IMG/VR virus record: IMGVR_UViG_3300043443_000351
Span: 107-64,106 of that record
From: a virus
Lineage: Duplodnaviria; Caudoviricetes
DNA: 64,000 nt
Strand: one strand, 5' to 3'
The position numbers and the translations under genes were made by a program. This document shows, piece after piece, positions 18,065-29,582 of the stretch. The notes under the pieces were generated by a model. That model had not been told where the DNA came from. It did not search any database and saw only the letters and a program-made list of their open reading frames with translations. Each line of letters begins with the position of its first letter. The first letter of the stretch is position 1.

Positions 18065-20086
18065 ATGGCAATAAATCCTATTAAAAAAACATTTGGAACT
18101 ACAAGAACATTAAATTATTTAGGAAAGGATTTTGATTCTTTCAAACAAAATTTAATTGATTATACTAAAACGTATTTTCCAAACACATATTCAGATTTTA
18201 ATGAAGCATCGCCTGGTATGGTATTCATCGAACAAGCAGCAGCTTTGGGAGATGTATTATCTTTCTACCAAGATACTCAATTAAAGGAATCAATGTTAGC
18301 ACATGCTACCGAACGTAAAAACGTTTTAGCATTGGCTCAATCTATGGGATACAAACCAAAGGTAACATCTCCGGCTATTACAACTATAACTGTTTATCAA
18401 TTAGTTCCAACAAAGGGCTCTCCAAATTACGAGCCAAATGATGCATATTATCTTAAAATAAAAGATGGTATGGAAATCGAATCATCTACAAATAATTCCG
18501 TAGTATTTAGAACAATAGATGCTGTGGATTTTGCAAATGAAACCGATAGAGAAATTGATGTATATGAGAGAGATGGAAATGGTGTACCATTACAATATTT
18601 AATTACTAAAAAAGTAAAAGCCATATCTGCTAGAGAAGTATCTACTACAATATCATTTGGTTCATATGAAGAATATCCAAATGCAGATTTATCCGATACT
18701 GATATAATATCAATTACAAATGTTACCGATTCTAATGGAACAAAATATTATGAAGTTCCTTATTTAGCACAAGAAAGTATTTTTGTAGAGCAACCCAATA
18801 AAGAATCTAATACAGGCGGATTATCGGATAAATCGGTAGAAGTACCTTATATTTTAGAAGTACAAAAAGTACCACATAGATTTTCAGTAAAGGTAAATTC
18901 CGATAATACTATGACTCTACAATTTGGTAGTGGTGATAATTCATTGAACGATGAAATTATTTTACCAAATCCAAAAAATGTAGGATTAGGATTAGCAAAT
19001 TCCATTCAGAGATTAAATCAGGGTATTGACCCATCTAATTTCTTAAAAACAAATACATTTGGAGTTGTACCAGTTAACACATCATTAACTATAAAGTATT
19101 TAGTTGGAGGAGGTATTTCATCAAATGTAAATCAAGGTGACTTAGTATCGATTCGTAGAATAGAATTTGAAGAAGATTTACTTTCATTTGTAAATGATAC
19201 GCAATTAAATGCATACACTGCTGCAAAAGCTACTGTAGCTGTTGAAAATTTAGAATCAGCAGTTGGTGGTAGAGGAGCCGAATCTATTGAAGAAATTAGA
19301 CAAAACGCATTAGCAATGTTTGGTTCTCAAAATAGAGCAGTAACTAAGCAAGATTATATGGTTAGAGCTTTATCTATGCCAGAAAGATATGGTAGTGTTG
19401 CAAAAGTATATGTTAGTCCCGATGGTGAAATTGATAACAATTCACCTGCATCAATTTTAGCATCTCCAAAAAATATAGCAGAATTTGTGGGATTAGTTGA
19501 TGGATTAAAAGATAAATCTAAGCAAGAAATACAAAAAGAATTGGTTAAATATCTTACTCAAAAGAAAACCGCAATAGCTGAAGTTAACAATCCGTTTGCT
19601 ATAAATATGTATGTTTTGGGATACGATGTTAACAATAAACTAACTCAAATAAATCAAGCAGTTAAACAAAATCTTAAAACTTATTTGGGTGAATATAGAA
19701 TGATGACTGATGCGGTTAACATTATAGATGGATTTATTGTAAATATTGGTGTAGATTTTGAAGTTATTTGTTATTCAAATTATAATAAAAGAGAAGTAGT
19801 TGCGAATTGTTTGACAGAAATTCAAAACTATTTTAATATAGATAATTGGACATTTAATAAACCAATAAACATTTCAGAAATAGAATTAATATTAGCTAAT
19901 GTAGAAGGTGTAATGAGTGTACCATCTGTTAAAATATATAATTTGTGTGGTGGTGATGGAAATTATTCACCAAACAAATACAATATAAATGATGCAACTA
20001 AAGGGAAGATTGTATATCCATCTTTAGACCCATGCATCTTTGAAGTAAAATACCCTAACAAAGATATAAAAGGAAGAGCTTTATAA
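18065..20086 (+). CDS. Baseplate wedge protein, gp6/baseplate J-like
   Basis: DFDSFKQNLIDY...YSDFNEASPG, GGRGAESIEEIR and RAVTKQDY motifs. Confidence 0.88.
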   Translation: MAINPIKKTFGTTRTLNYLGKDFDSFKQNLIDYTKTYFPNTYSDFNEASPGMVFIEQAAALGDVLSFYQDTQLKESMLAHATERKNVLALAQSMGYKPKVTSPAITTITVYQLVPTKGSPNYEPNDAYYLKIKDGMEIESSTNNSVVFRTIDAVDFANETDREIDVYERDGNGVPLQYLITKKVKAISAREVSTTISFGSYEEYPNADLSDTDIISITNVTDSNGTKYYEVPYLAQESIFVEQPNKESNTGGLSDKSVEVPYILEVQKVPHRFSVKVNSDNTMTLQFGSGDNSLNDEIILPNPKNVGLGLANSIQRLNQGIDPSNFLKTNTFGVVPVNTSLTIKYLVGGGISSNVNQGDLVSIRRIEFEEDLLSFVNDTQLNAYTAAKATVAVENLESAVGGRGAESIEEIRQNALAMFGSQNRAVTKQDYMVRALSMPERYGSVAKVYVSPDGEIDNNSPASILASPKNIAEFVGLVDGLKDKSKQEIQKELVKYLTQKKTAIAEVNNPFAINMYVLGYDVNNKLTQINQAVKQNLKTYLGEYRMMTDAVNIIDGFIVNIGVDFEVICYSNYNKREVVANCLTEIQNYFNIDNWTFNKPINISEIELILANVEGVMSVPSVKIYNLCGGDGNYSPNKYNINDATKGKIVYPSLDPCIFEVKYPNKDIKGRAL

Positions 20087-20087
20087 T

Positions 20088-21155
20088 ATGCATAAATTTT
20101 TCACATCATCATACGATGCCAGTATCTACCTACAACAACCTGACCAAAATGCAGGTAGAGATGAGATATTAGAGGTTGGTAAACTTTATTATGGCTCTAC
20201 TAAAGATATAGCTAGAAGTTTAATTAAATTCGATATTCCATCTATGGGAATACCAAGTGGTTCTAGAGTTTATTTAAATTTAAAAACAGTAAGAGCTGAA
20301 GAAATTCCATTGGAATATACATTATATGCTAATGCGGTTTCTCAAAGTTGGTCAATGGGAACTGGCACTAAATTCGATAATATAACATCGGATGGTGTTA
20401 GTTGGAAATATAGAGATGGTGATAATAGTTGGCAAGATAATGTGGTAGCAGGAACTGCCGTATTTACCACAGGAACTACCGGTTCTGCAAATGCTGAGGG
20501 TGGGACTTGGTACACTGCTTCAGAAGCATCTCAATCGTTTAATTACGAAGAAGCTGATATTAGAATGGATGTTACAAATATTGTAAACTTATGGTTAAGT
20601 AGTTCTTTACCAAATAATGGATTTATTATACATCATAGTTTACAAAATGAATATAACAATGAATTAGATTATGGTGTTATCAAATTCTTCTCAAAAGAAA
20701 CGGGAACAATATATGAACCAAAATTAGAAGCAGTTTGGGATGATAGTTCGTTTTCAACGGGTAGTTTATCACCAACGACCGGCTCTGCCGAAGAGGGGTA
20801 TAAAGTTGTGATAACTAATCTAAAGAATAAATATCCAGCCAATGATACTATTAAAGTTAGAATTAAAGGTAGAGATATGTTCCCTTTAAAAACATTTGGT
20901 ACATCGTTTGAATACGACCATACCAAATACTTACCATCGGGTTCAGCACAATATCAATTAGAAGATTATAAAACAGGCGAAATTGTTTATCCATTTGGAA
21001 ATTACACACAAATAAGTTGTGATTCTACTTCTAATTATTTCAATATGAGTTTAAACTCATTACCAATTAATAGAACTTATAAATTAAAAATCAAAATAAT
21101 AGAAAGTGGTATATCTACTATTATAGATGATAAGTTAATTTTTGAAATAGTATAA
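20088..21155 (+). CDS. Structural protein with DNRLRE-like beta-sandwich domain
   Basis: DASIY...NAGRDEILEVG...RSLIKFD and NNGFII...FFSKE...PKLE patterns. Confidence 0.5.
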   Translation: MHKFFTSSYDASIYLQQPDQNAGRDEILEVGKLYYGSTKDIARSLIKFDIPSMGIPSGSRVYLNLKTVRAEEIPLEYTLYANAVSQSWSMGTGTKFDNITSDGVSWKYRDGDNSWQDNVVAGTAVFTTGTTGSANAEGGTWYTASEASQSFNYEEADIRMDVTNIVNLWLSSSLPNNGFIIHHSLQNEYNNELDYGVIKFFSKETGTIYEPKLEAVWDDSSFSTGSLSPTTGSAEEGYKVVITNLKNKYPANDTIKVRIKGRDMFPLKTFGTSFEYDHTKYLPSGSAQYQLEDYKTGEIVYPFGNYTQISCDSTSNYFNMSLNSLPINRTYKLKIKIIESGISTIIDDKLIFEIV

Positions 21156-21156
21156 A

Positions 21157-22296
21157 ATGACAGCATTAGAAGCGATAGCACAAAAATTGGAAGAAAAAAG
21201 AAAATCGGACTTAGAATCTATACTAAGCATTTCCGGTTCACAAGCTATTGCCAAAAATGAATATGGTGTAACTATTGTAAATGAAAATAATGTTGCATCA
21301 TCTTTGGTATTCAAACAATTGACAAAACCTAAATATGATGAGGTTGAATTGGCTAAAGCTATTGATTTAAATATTAAAGAGCTTAAACCTGATATACCAA
21401 CTCCAAATTTGGATTTAGTTCCAAAATCATTATATACGGATGAGGTACTACAAAATGAAGATTTAAGAAAACAAGTAGCAGATTTAACAACTGAAGTTAC
21501 TGATTTAAATTCGACTATAACGGATTTAGAATCACAAGTTCAAAGTGAAATAAATAATAGATTATCAATTGAACAATCTAATGATGCGTTAGTTAATCAA
21601 TTAAATACATTAACTCAAACTGTTGATGATTTTGCTTTACAAATACAAAATTCATTACAAAAATCAGTAGAGGAAGGTATTCTTAGAGCATCTTTACAAT
21701 CGCAAAATACCGGATTCAAAGCACAAATTCAGGCATTAATTAAACAAATTGATTCATTAAACTCAATAATCGAAGGTTTACAATCTCAATTAGGGGCAGT
21801 ACAAAATCAGCAAGCAATTGTACAGGGCACTCAAGCACAAGCTATGGCAGCAGGTGCTGATGTTGTAAATGATATAGCAATTGTTAAATTAGAACCACAA
21901 GAAGATTCGAATAAACCAAAAATATGGGGTAGATTTAGTGCCAATGGTGATTCTCAATGGAAAAATGGTAAATCTATATCCATTACAAATAACGATAAGC
22001 AACCAATTACTGTAACATTAACTCCTAAAAACCCAGAAAATCGAGAATTTTATAAAATTCCACAAAAGAGTTTTACCATAGGACCTGGTGAAAATAAAGA
22101 TATGGAATTTACTTTAAATCACGATGCTGTTGGGGATTTAGATTCTCGTAAAAAAGGAGGATGGTTTAATGGTAAAACGCATTCAAAAGATTATATGGAT
22201 GGCTCTCTTAAAGTTGTAATAACACGTTCAGATGGAACATCTAAAGATAAAACTTATGATGCAGGTTTTGGTAAATATCACCCAGATTCATACTAA
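21157..22296 (+). CDS. Coiled-coil structural protein with C-terminal Ig-like domain
   Basis: Long heptad region, then ISITNNDKQPITV...IGPGENKDMEF. Confidence 0.55.
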   Translation: MTALEAIAQKLEEKRKSDLESILSISGSQAIAKNEYGVTIVNENNVASSLVFKQLTKPKYDEVELAKAIDLNIKELKPDIPTPNLDLVPKSLYTDEVLQNEDLRKQVADLTTEVTDLNSTITDLESQVQSEINNRLSIEQSNDALVNQLNTLTQTVDDFALQIQNSLQKSVEEGILRASLQSQNTGFKAQIQALIKQIDSLNSIIEGLQSQLGAVQNQQAIVQGTQAQAMAAGADVVNDIAIVKLEPQEDSNKPKIWGRFSANGDSQWKNGKSISITNNDKQPITVTLTPKNPENREFYKIPQKSFTIGPGENKDMEFTLNHDAVGDLDSRKKGGWFNGKTHSKDYMDGSLKVVITRSDGTSKDKTYDAGFGKYHPDSY

Positions 22297-22302
22297 TAGA
22301 TT

Positions 22303-23637
22303 ATGAGCATTAAAAAATATACAAATTTTGAATCGATTGATGTTAATGCATCAAATCAAGGAGAATTTTTACAAGAGAATGATAAGTTTATAATCAATCA
22401 AAATCAAATACAAGATACTGATTTTGGAGATTGTAAGCATGATGTAATGGAAATATCCGTATATGATGTTAACAACAATTTATTGCCTAATAAAAATGGT
22501 AATAATGTTGCATACATAAAAACAGGCGATATTAAAAATTATTTATATAATCTTACAAACAAAGGCGGTCAAAACGAACTTGCTATTGATATTGAAAAAT
22601 TATTAAATGATTTAGGATTTACAAATGGTATTCTTAAAGTTAACATAAATTTTGTTAGAAATAAAGTTGGTTCTGAAAATCAATTAACAAAAGTATGGAT
22701 ACAAGAAATATCTCCATCAAGAGAAGAAGTTAGAATATTACCACTCGTTACAACCGATGATAATATAAATAAAAAAACATCGAAGGAATTTAGAAATGTA
22801 AATAATCTAAGTAAAGATTTTAAATATTATAAAAAAAATATATTAGATGCATTGGATTCATTTGAATCCAATTATTTGGATTCTATAACAAATTTGATGG
22901 TTAATAAATTTGGAAAAGATTTTCAATCAATATTGCGTAAAGATTTTGGATTATCTAATTTTGATGGATTTAAAAAAAGAATATTTTCAGATTTTAAAAC
23001 TAGCATAACTTATTGGGTTAATAATAGATACTACGATGTATCTCAATCTAATTTTGGTAAACCATCCGATATTAGATTTGAAGAGTGTGAGCAATATTCT
23101 TTTCAAACATTATTAGATGAAATCCAAATAATTTTAAGAAATTGTATCGAATACCATACAAAAACTTTAAAAAGAAGAGATATTACTATAAAAGCACTTC
23201 CTAAAGAGTTTGAAATAACTCAACTTAAAAAAGATGTTAAAGATTTAGTTGGGAATATTAATATAAATGAAAATAGAGTAAGAAACGTATATAATCCTGC
23301 TAATGTTGATTTGAAAGTGACCGGTACGAAAACAATAAATCCGCCCGTTCAAATAATACCAACACCAGAAATAAAAATACAACCAATAGAATTACCAATT
23401 ATTAAAATAGAACCTACACCACAACCAATAAAACCAATTGAATCTACTCCTATACTCGTAATTGAACCAACTCCAGAACCAAAAGTTGAACCAATACAAG
23501 ATGTTATACCAACGCCATCAATTGGCGGCGGAGGTGGAAGTGTTAGAACGTTTGAAGACCCAAGACAAAACGACTCTGGACTATATGATTATGGTAGAAA
23601 TATAAGTGATAGAGGTAGAGTAGAAGAATATACATAA
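22303..23637 (+). CDS. Hypothetical structural protein with Pro-rich C-terminal linker
   Basis: In the tail/baseplate module; IEPTPQP/IEPTPEP repeats and GGGGG near the C-terminus. Confidence 0.6.
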   Translation: MSIKKYTNFESIDVNASNQGEFLQENDKFIINQNQIQDTDFGDCKHDVMEISVYDVNNNLLPNKNGNNVAYIKTGDIKNYLYNLTNKGGQNELAIDIEKLLNDLGFTNGILKVNINFVRNKVGSENQLTKVWIQEISPSREEVRILPLVTTDDNINKKTSKEFRNVNNLSKDFKYYKKNILDALDSFESNYLDSITNLMVNKFGKDFQSILRKDFGLSNFDGFKKRIFSDFKTSITYWVNNRYYDVSQSNFGKPSDIRFEECEQYSFQTLLDEIQIILRNCIEYHTKTLKRRDITIKALPKEFEITQLKKDVKDLVGNININENRVRNVYNPANVDLKVTGTKTINPPVQIIPTPEIKIQPIELPIIKIEPTPQPIKPIESTPILVIEPTPEPKVEPIQDVIPTPSIGGGGGSVRTFEDPRQNDSGLYDYGRNISDRGRVEEYT

Positions 23638-23650
23638 AATTATAGATAGG

Positions 23651-23659
23651 ATATTTATA
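23651..23659 (+). promoter_or_regulatory. Putative late promoter motif ATATTTATA
   Basis: Intergenic, 14 nt before GTG 23674. Confidence 0.6.
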
Positions 23660-23673
23660 ATAAACAATAAAGA

Positions 23674-26600
23674 GTGGTAAAAGCATTAGAAAATATTTTT
23701 GGAGGAGAATCTACATTAACCGCATATGATGGGAGTGGTCAATACTCCGCTTTCATTGATGGTGGTGGTGGAGGTGGGGGATATACTCCACCCGTACAAC
23801 CAAATCCTACATTCGTTCCACCTACTTATTCAAATGAAATAACTCAAAATGCTATTAAGATAAACTTAATATCAAATTCGGGTGAAGTAGAATTTTTAGA
23901 AAATGGAATATCAAAGGGATATGGTGTTAATACAACTATATCATATTCCCCATCTACTACTTTTAATACATCTAAACGATATGAAGTAGTTAAGAATGGT
24001 AATAAAGCTAAGAAGTATTATGAAATTTCTATAAAGAAAACTTACCAAAATACCGATTATAATTATTCTAATTCATATTCGGGTGGTGGTAGTTATTCTG
24101 TTGCTGATGCATTTGGATTCAATCAATACCAAAACTCAAATGTATTTAATTGGAATTACAATATAAATCCGACTGTTACTGCGGTAGATTATAAATATTC
24201 AGAAATATTATCCGTACAAGAATTTGATTTACAATCGGATGGTACATATTCAGCCGGAAACACTCAAACTTTTAATTTTGGTTCAATTACTTTAAATTTT
24301 GAATTAAATGCAATAAAAGCATTGGATGTGATTTCCGATAATCCCATTCCAATAGGTCAACCTATTTTTCAAATACCTACATCGGTAGAATATGAAATAG
24401 CATTTTCATCCAATTTTAGACAAGAATTAGCAAATAATGTAATATTAAATTATACAATTTTTGCAAATGATGGTACTATTTCTGATAGTGGTAAATTATC
24501 TTTATTAGATAGTAATATCATAAGAACTATAAATAAAGATGCATTAAATGGTAGAGTTGATTTTAAAATAGAATATGTAAATAAGCCAAATGAATATAAC
24601 TTATTAAACATATATCAAACTACAAATACAGCTAAATTAGCAGAAGCACCAAAAGATTCTATTGATTTTGCTAAATGGAATACTCAAAATTCAGCATTTT
24701 CATTACCAGCAGAACAACTTAAATCCGGCGTTTCAATTGTAGTATTTTTTGAAAAAGAAATAAATGTAGCTAGACCTATTATTAGTTTAGATACAACTCA
24801 ATATAATGTACAAGTAAAAGATTCCGATTTAGAGAAAGGAGTAAATATTCCTTTTAAAGTATCCAATACCGATAATGTAAGAATTTACATTGATGGTAAA
24901 GCTGATACTATGGTAGTACCTGCTTCTAATGGGTTTGCAACATTATATTTTCAAAAAGATTTTTCCGAAGTATATGGTACTAAAAAAGTAGTTTTAGTAG
25001 CAGAAAGTAATCAATATGGTACAGGTGATTCGGTAACTGCTTTAATTACATTTACCGCAGTAAATGATTTTCCATCAATTACTGAAATAACGCACGCTGC
25101 ATCTTTAGATATACCGTCCTTTTCGGATTTTAATATTGATTTAACTTATGAATACATTTCTTTTGCAACTTCTACAATTGATGTAGATTTGAAAGCAAAA
25201 GATGGTAGTAGAATATCTTTATTTAAAAATTTAACACCAAACGGAAATATCTCTATAAATTTAAAAACATTAAGAGATAAATATTCCAATTGGTCTGGAA
25301 GCGATAATGTAACTTTAATATTTAAACCATTCAATAGAAGTGGTGCAGAAGAATTAGTTGGAAATGAATACGAAATAACAACTAATTTAATAATTCCATC
25401 TATACAATTGGATGAGAATATATTTTCATCTGCAATGTTCGAATCATTTGCAAATGCGTTGCAGATAATTGAACCTGAAAGAGAAAGTAAATATTTAACA
25501 CATCTTGCTAATTTTGATAATAATGAACAAATATTAATTTCTACTTGGGAAAATGATAATTGGACATTATCAGAAAAAACAACAGATGAGTTAGGAAACA
25601 TCGGCGTATCAAAGCCCGTTGATTCTATAATATTAAAATTATACTCACCATTACCTGCAAACGTTTCAACAAATTCAACATTTTGGATTACAAAGTTAAT
25701 GGCTAATCCATTAATTGAAACAATTGTATTGAGTGAACAGTCTGAAATAAATTGTCCTCCAATCAAAGGACCTAATTTTAGTTTAGATATAGATTATGTA
25801 AAAGGTCAATCTACAAATTTTGAATCATTAGATAATATTATTTTTAGTGGTTCTAATTCATCTACGCAATTAATCACAACTTATTTAAGTTCTTCTATAA
25901 TCAATATGGGAGATTTAAATATAGAATATGTGAGCGGTTCAACGTATATGTGGGATAACTTTGTACACTTTAGTTCCGCAAAAGAAAGAGTAGATAATTT
26001 TGTTTACAAAGTTCAGTTAATTGAAACATATGAAACTGCTATATCGGCTAGTAATGCGGATATAAATAGTAGAGATAAAATTTCATCAGTCCACGAAAGA
26101 GAAAGACAATTAATAAAGAAAAACGAATTATTGGCTGGATTTGATGGATTTGAGAATTTCTTATATACATCATCTTCGGTATATACTACAAATAGTAGTA
26201 ATTCTATAACTTGGCCACACGATGGAAATGGTAGAGTGGAATCAACTAATCAAAATATTGTTTTACCTTGGTACACTAATATAATTACATTAGCGGAAGA
26301 ATTTGATATAATAAATTCAAATTGGGTTCAAAATAATATACCACAATATATTGTAAATAATACCGAAAATGAAAGTCTATTGTTGTTCTTATCAATGATT
26401 GGACATCATTTTGATACTATTTATTTCCACACTAAAGCAATTGAAAATAGTAGAGGATTAGGATATAATAGTAAGAATATTTCTGATAAATTATTATTTG
26501 ATGTATTAAAATCATTTAATTGGGATGCTAAAAATTTGGCATCCGATAGTAAACTTTGGGAATATACATTTGGTTTAAATGATGATGGTGAGCAAAAATA

Positions 26601-28902
26601 TAAATCGTATGATAAGAATGGTAATCTAATTCCATCAAATCCTGCAAAGAAAAGAACATACGAAGTTTGGAGAAGAATTGCAAATAACTTACCTTATTTA
26701 TTAAAACATAAAGGTACAAGAAGAGGTATTTACGCATTGTTAGCTTGTTATGGTATTCCATCATCAAACCTTTCTATTTTAGAATTTGGAGGACCGGAAG
26801 TAACCGAAACAACCAAAAGTAAGTTAGTATATGATAATATTACTACGGCTCTTAAATTTAATAATGGTGCAGCAATTGAATTGGATTGGAGAATTACAAA
26901 TAAAAATATAAAACCAAATACAATTGAATTATTTGTAAAGCCAGCGGAAAATGATGACTATACTTTAATTAGTGGTAGTGGATGGAATGTTGGATTACAA
27001 TCATCTACAACTGCATCTTATGGTAATGTTGTATTTAATTACAGTGGTTCTAATGCTATATCATCATCTTTATTACCAATATTTAATGGTAATTTCTTTG
27101 GAGTTTCTGTAAGTAGTGGTTCTACTGGATTGAAATTGGATGTTAGACAATCTAATAAAGAAAAAACAATATTTGAACAATCACTTTCATCATCGGCTGC
27201 AACTAATTGGAATAATGGTTCTAAAATTAAAATAGGTGGAGCTTATAGTGGTTCATTAGATGAATTCCGTATATGGTCTGATGTGTTAGATACACAAAGA
27301 TTCTATGAGCACGTTTCATTCCCTGAAATGATTAATGGTAATCATATTTCATCTTCAACTGATGATTTATATTTCCGTTTAGATTTTGAATATCCTAAAA
27401 ATTTAAATGCAACATCTTCATTAATAAATGTAGATACAAATGTTTATTTTGAAAATGGATATAATAGAAATGATTACGAAAGTGGTTCATTGATAGCATT
27501 ATATTCAACAAATGTATCAGCATCTTTATATGCAAGTGCAAGTGGATTTAGTAATATAACAGCATATCCATTCCAATTTGAAGCAATAGATAGAAGTGTT
27601 TCATTAGAGATACCTGATTTAGGTGCAAGTAGATATTCTACAAATAAAGTTAGATTTGAATCACAAACATTAGTAGCAGATTTATCTTCTAAGAGTAGAG
27701 CAACTAAAAAAGCATTTGACCAATCTCCTACCGATTCTAATAGAGTTGGTTTATTCTTCTCTCCTACAAAAGAGTTGAATATTGATATTGCTAAATCATT
27801 TGGTGGAATTAATTTAGATAACTACATTGGTGACCCATCCGATGATTATAAATCTAATTATAAATCATTAGATTCTTTAAGAAATTATTATTTCCAAAGA
27901 TTTGATGGTAGAGATATATATTCTTACATAAACTTAATCAAACTATATGAGAAATCAATGTTTGAAGATATTAAGAATATGTTGCCGGCAAGAGTTAAAG
28001 CAACTACCGGTCTATTGATTGAACCACATATTTTAGAAAGAAGTAAAATTGAGCAAAAGAAGCCAACGGGTGATGAATATCAAAAAGAGGCTAATATAAA
28101 ATACTCAAATACTACAAATGTAAATGCTGATAGTAATCAATATGATGCAATTGTAGATTCAAATATAGCTAATAATCTAATAGGTGAAAATAACCAATAT
28201 GATGCTACAATATACACTGCATCATTAGAAAATACATCAGCAGATAGTTATCAACTTGATACACAATATAATTATTATGATGATACATCTTTAACTTCCG
28301 ATTATTATCAGAAAGAAGCTACGATAGATGCTAAATTTGGTGAGGCTACTATAATGACCGAAATTGATTTAATCAATAGTAGTGTTACAGTAGGACAAAC
28401 TCAATATGAAGAAGTTGGATTTGGTATTTATGCACAAAGTGGTTCTGCGATTAGAACTTATTTTGATAAAGATAATAGAAGAGTTAAGGAAAGAATTAGA
28501 GTACAATTAGTAACCGAACAAAAGGAAAGAGTTGTAACTAAATTCGCAGTAACAGCTTCGGCTAATGGATTGGGTGACCCGCGTGGTGGATATATTTCGG
28601 ATATTGAAACATATACCGAAACTAAATTAAATATTCAACCATTTAGTGGTTCAACTCCTCCAACTATTGGTGGAAATATAATTGATGTTAAACCAGTTAG
28701 TGGCTATTTAACAACGCATTATAGAAATACAACGGATTTGACAAGAGGAATGCAAAATTCTTTCTTTAGAGGTTCAAAAAATACTGCAGCAACAACATTA
28801 GATGGTGCGGCTCCTATTGAAACATTTACATCTAATCCTAATACTTTAAGAGTAAATAAAGCAGGTAGAGATGCAAGTGAACCAATTTTGGAAGTAGAAT
28901 AA
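23674..28902 (+). CDS. Large baseplate protein (gp7-like region plus LamG-like domain)
   Basis: LPYLLKHKGTRRGI resembles the KGT motif of baseplate wedge/tail proteins; IGG...GSLDEFRIW is LamG-like. Confidence 0.6.
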   Translation: MVKALENIFGGESTLTAYDGSGQYSAFIDGGGGGGGYTPPVQPNPTFVPPTYSNEITQNAIKINLISNSGEVEFLENGISKGYGVNTTISYSPSTTFNTSKRYEVVKNGNKAKKYYEISIKKTYQNTDYNYSNSYSGGGSYSVADAFGFNQYQNSNVFNWNYNINPTVTAVDYKYSEILSVQEFDLQSDGTYSAGNTQTFNFGSITLNFELNAIKALDVISDNPIPIGQPIFQIPTSVEYEIAFSSNFRQELANNVILNYTIFANDGTISDSGKLSLLDSNIIRTINKDALNGRVDFKIEYVNKPNEYNLLNIYQTTNTAKLAEAPKDSIDFAKWNTQNSAFSLPAEQLKSGVSIVVFFEKEINVARPIISLDTTQYNVQVKDSDLEKGVNIPFKVSNTDNVRIYIDGKADTMVVPASNGFATLYFQKDFSEVYGTKKVVLVAESNQYGTGDSVTALITFTAVNDFPSITEITHAASLDIPSFSDFNIDLTYEYISFATSTIDVDLKAKDGSRISLFKNLTPNGNISINLKTLRDKYSNWSGSDNVTLIFKPFNRSGAEELVGNEYEITTNLIIPSIQLDENIFSSAMFESFANALQIIEPERESKYLTHLANFDNNEQILISTWENDNWTLSEKTTDELGNIGVSKPVDSIILKLYSPLPANVSTNSTFWITKLMANPLIETIVLSEQSEINCPPIKGPNFSLDIDYVKGQSTNFESLDNIIFSGSNSSTQLITTYLSSSIINMGDLNIEYVSGSTYMWDNFVHFSSAKERVDNFVYKVQLIETYETAISASNADINSRDKISSVHERERQLIKKNELLAGFDGFENFLYTSSSVYTTNSSNSITWPHDGNGRVESTNQNIVLPWYTNIITLAEEFDIINSNWVQNNIPQYIVNNTENESLLLFLSMIGHHFDTIYFHTKAIENSRGLGYNSKNISDKLLFDVLKSFNWDAKNLASDSKLWEYTFGLNDDGEQKYKSYDKNGNLIPSNPAKKRTYEVWRRIANNLPYLLKHKGTRRGIYALLACYGIPSSNLSILEFGGPEVTETTKSKLVYDNITTALKFNNGAAIELDWRITNKNIKPNTIELFVKPAENDDYTLISGSGWNVGLQSSTTASYGNVVFNYSGSNAISSSLLPIFNGNFFGVSVSSGSTGLKLDVRQSNKEKTIFEQSLSSSAATNWNNGSKIKIGGAYSGSLDEFRIWSDVLDTQRFYEHVSFPEMINGNHISSSTDDLYFRLDFEYPKNLNATSSLINVDTNVYFENGYNRNDYESGSLIALYSTNVSASLYASASGFSNITAYPFQFEAIDRSVSLEIPDLGASRYSTNKVRFESQTLVADLSSKSRATKKAFDQSPTDSNRVGLFFSPTKELNIDIAKSFGGINLDNYIGDPSDDYKSNYKSLDSLRNYYFQRFDGRDIYSYINLIKLYEKSMFEDIKNMLPARVKATTGLLIEPHILERSKIEQKKPTGDEYQKEANIKYSNTTNVNADSNQYDAIVDSNIANNLIGENNQYDATIYTASLENTSADSYQLDTQYNYYDDTSLTSDYYQKEATIDAKFGEATIMTEIDLINSSVTVGQTQYEEVGFGIYAQSGSAIRTYFDKDNRRVKERIRVQLVTEQKERVVTKFAVTASANGLGDPRGGYISDIETYTETKLNIQPFSGSTPPTIGGNIIDVKPVSGYLTTHYRNTTDLTRGMQNSFFRGSKNTAATTLDGAAPIETFTSNPNTLRVNKAGRDASEPILEVE

Positions 28903-28920
28903 CGGAATTTTAAAAATATA

Positions 28921-28929
28921 ATATTTATA
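28921..28929 (+). promoter_or_regulatory. Putative late promoter motif ATATTTATA
   Basis: Intergenic, 21 nt before ATG 28951. Confidence 0.6.
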
Positions 28930-28950
28930 ATCAAAGAATAATAATATACT

Positions 28951-29574
28951 ATGGGATATTTAAGTAATACCGAATTAACAGTTGATGCTATCTTAACAAA
29001 AAAAGGTAGAGAAAAATTAGCAGCTGGACAAGGATTAAACATCACTCAATTTGCATTGGCAGATGATGAAATCGATTACACACTTTATGAACCAGCTCAT
29101 CCGCTAGGTTCTGCTTATTATGATGCAGCTATTAGAAATATGCCTGTATTAGAAGCTAATCCGGATGAAACGCAAGTAATGAAGTATAAATTAGTAACAC
29201 TTCCAAAGAATACAACTCGTATTCCTGTTGTGGAATTTGGTGTTCCTAATATTGCAGTTAATCAAAGAAGTGGTGAAGTATCTCTTTCTCCAACTACATC
29301 TCCTGCCGGAAATAGAAGATTAGGATACACTATTGTATTATCTAATAAAAACGCTGGTGATATTGTAGGTGAGGGTGTAACGGCTGATGTAGGTTCAGTA
29401 CCTATTTTCATTGGTGATGATGTATCTGCTACCGCATCGGTATCGAAAGGTTTAACTTTCAAATTTATTCCAAACCCATCATTGACTTCGACTATCAGAA
29501 CAACAATAACTGTTTATGGTAACGAAACGGGTGGTTCACAAACAATTCCAGTAACCGTAACATACGTTCAATAA
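28951..29574 (+). CDS. Virion structural protein, similar to N-terminal half of tail-collar fibre (DUF3751-like) domain
   Basis: ILTKKGREKLAAG...ITQFALADDE resembles ILTxxGxxKLA...ITxMAVGDG. Confidence 0.5.
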   Translation: MGYLSNTELTVDAILTKKGREKLAAGQGLNITQFALADDEIDYTLYEPAHPLGSAYYDAAIRNMPVLEANPDETQVMKYKLVTLPKNTTRIPVVEFGVPNIAVNQRSGEVSLSPTTSPAGNRRLGYTIVLSNKNAGDIVGEGVTADVGSVPIFIGDDVSATASVSKGLTFKFIPNPSLTSTIRTTITVYGNETGGSQTIPVTVTYVQ

Positions 29575-29582
29575 TTTAAACT

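Noticed and set aside
25146-25766. 206 aa minus-strand ORF
   Set aside because: Fully antisense to the large baseplate gene, with no motif or promoter; a shadow ORF.
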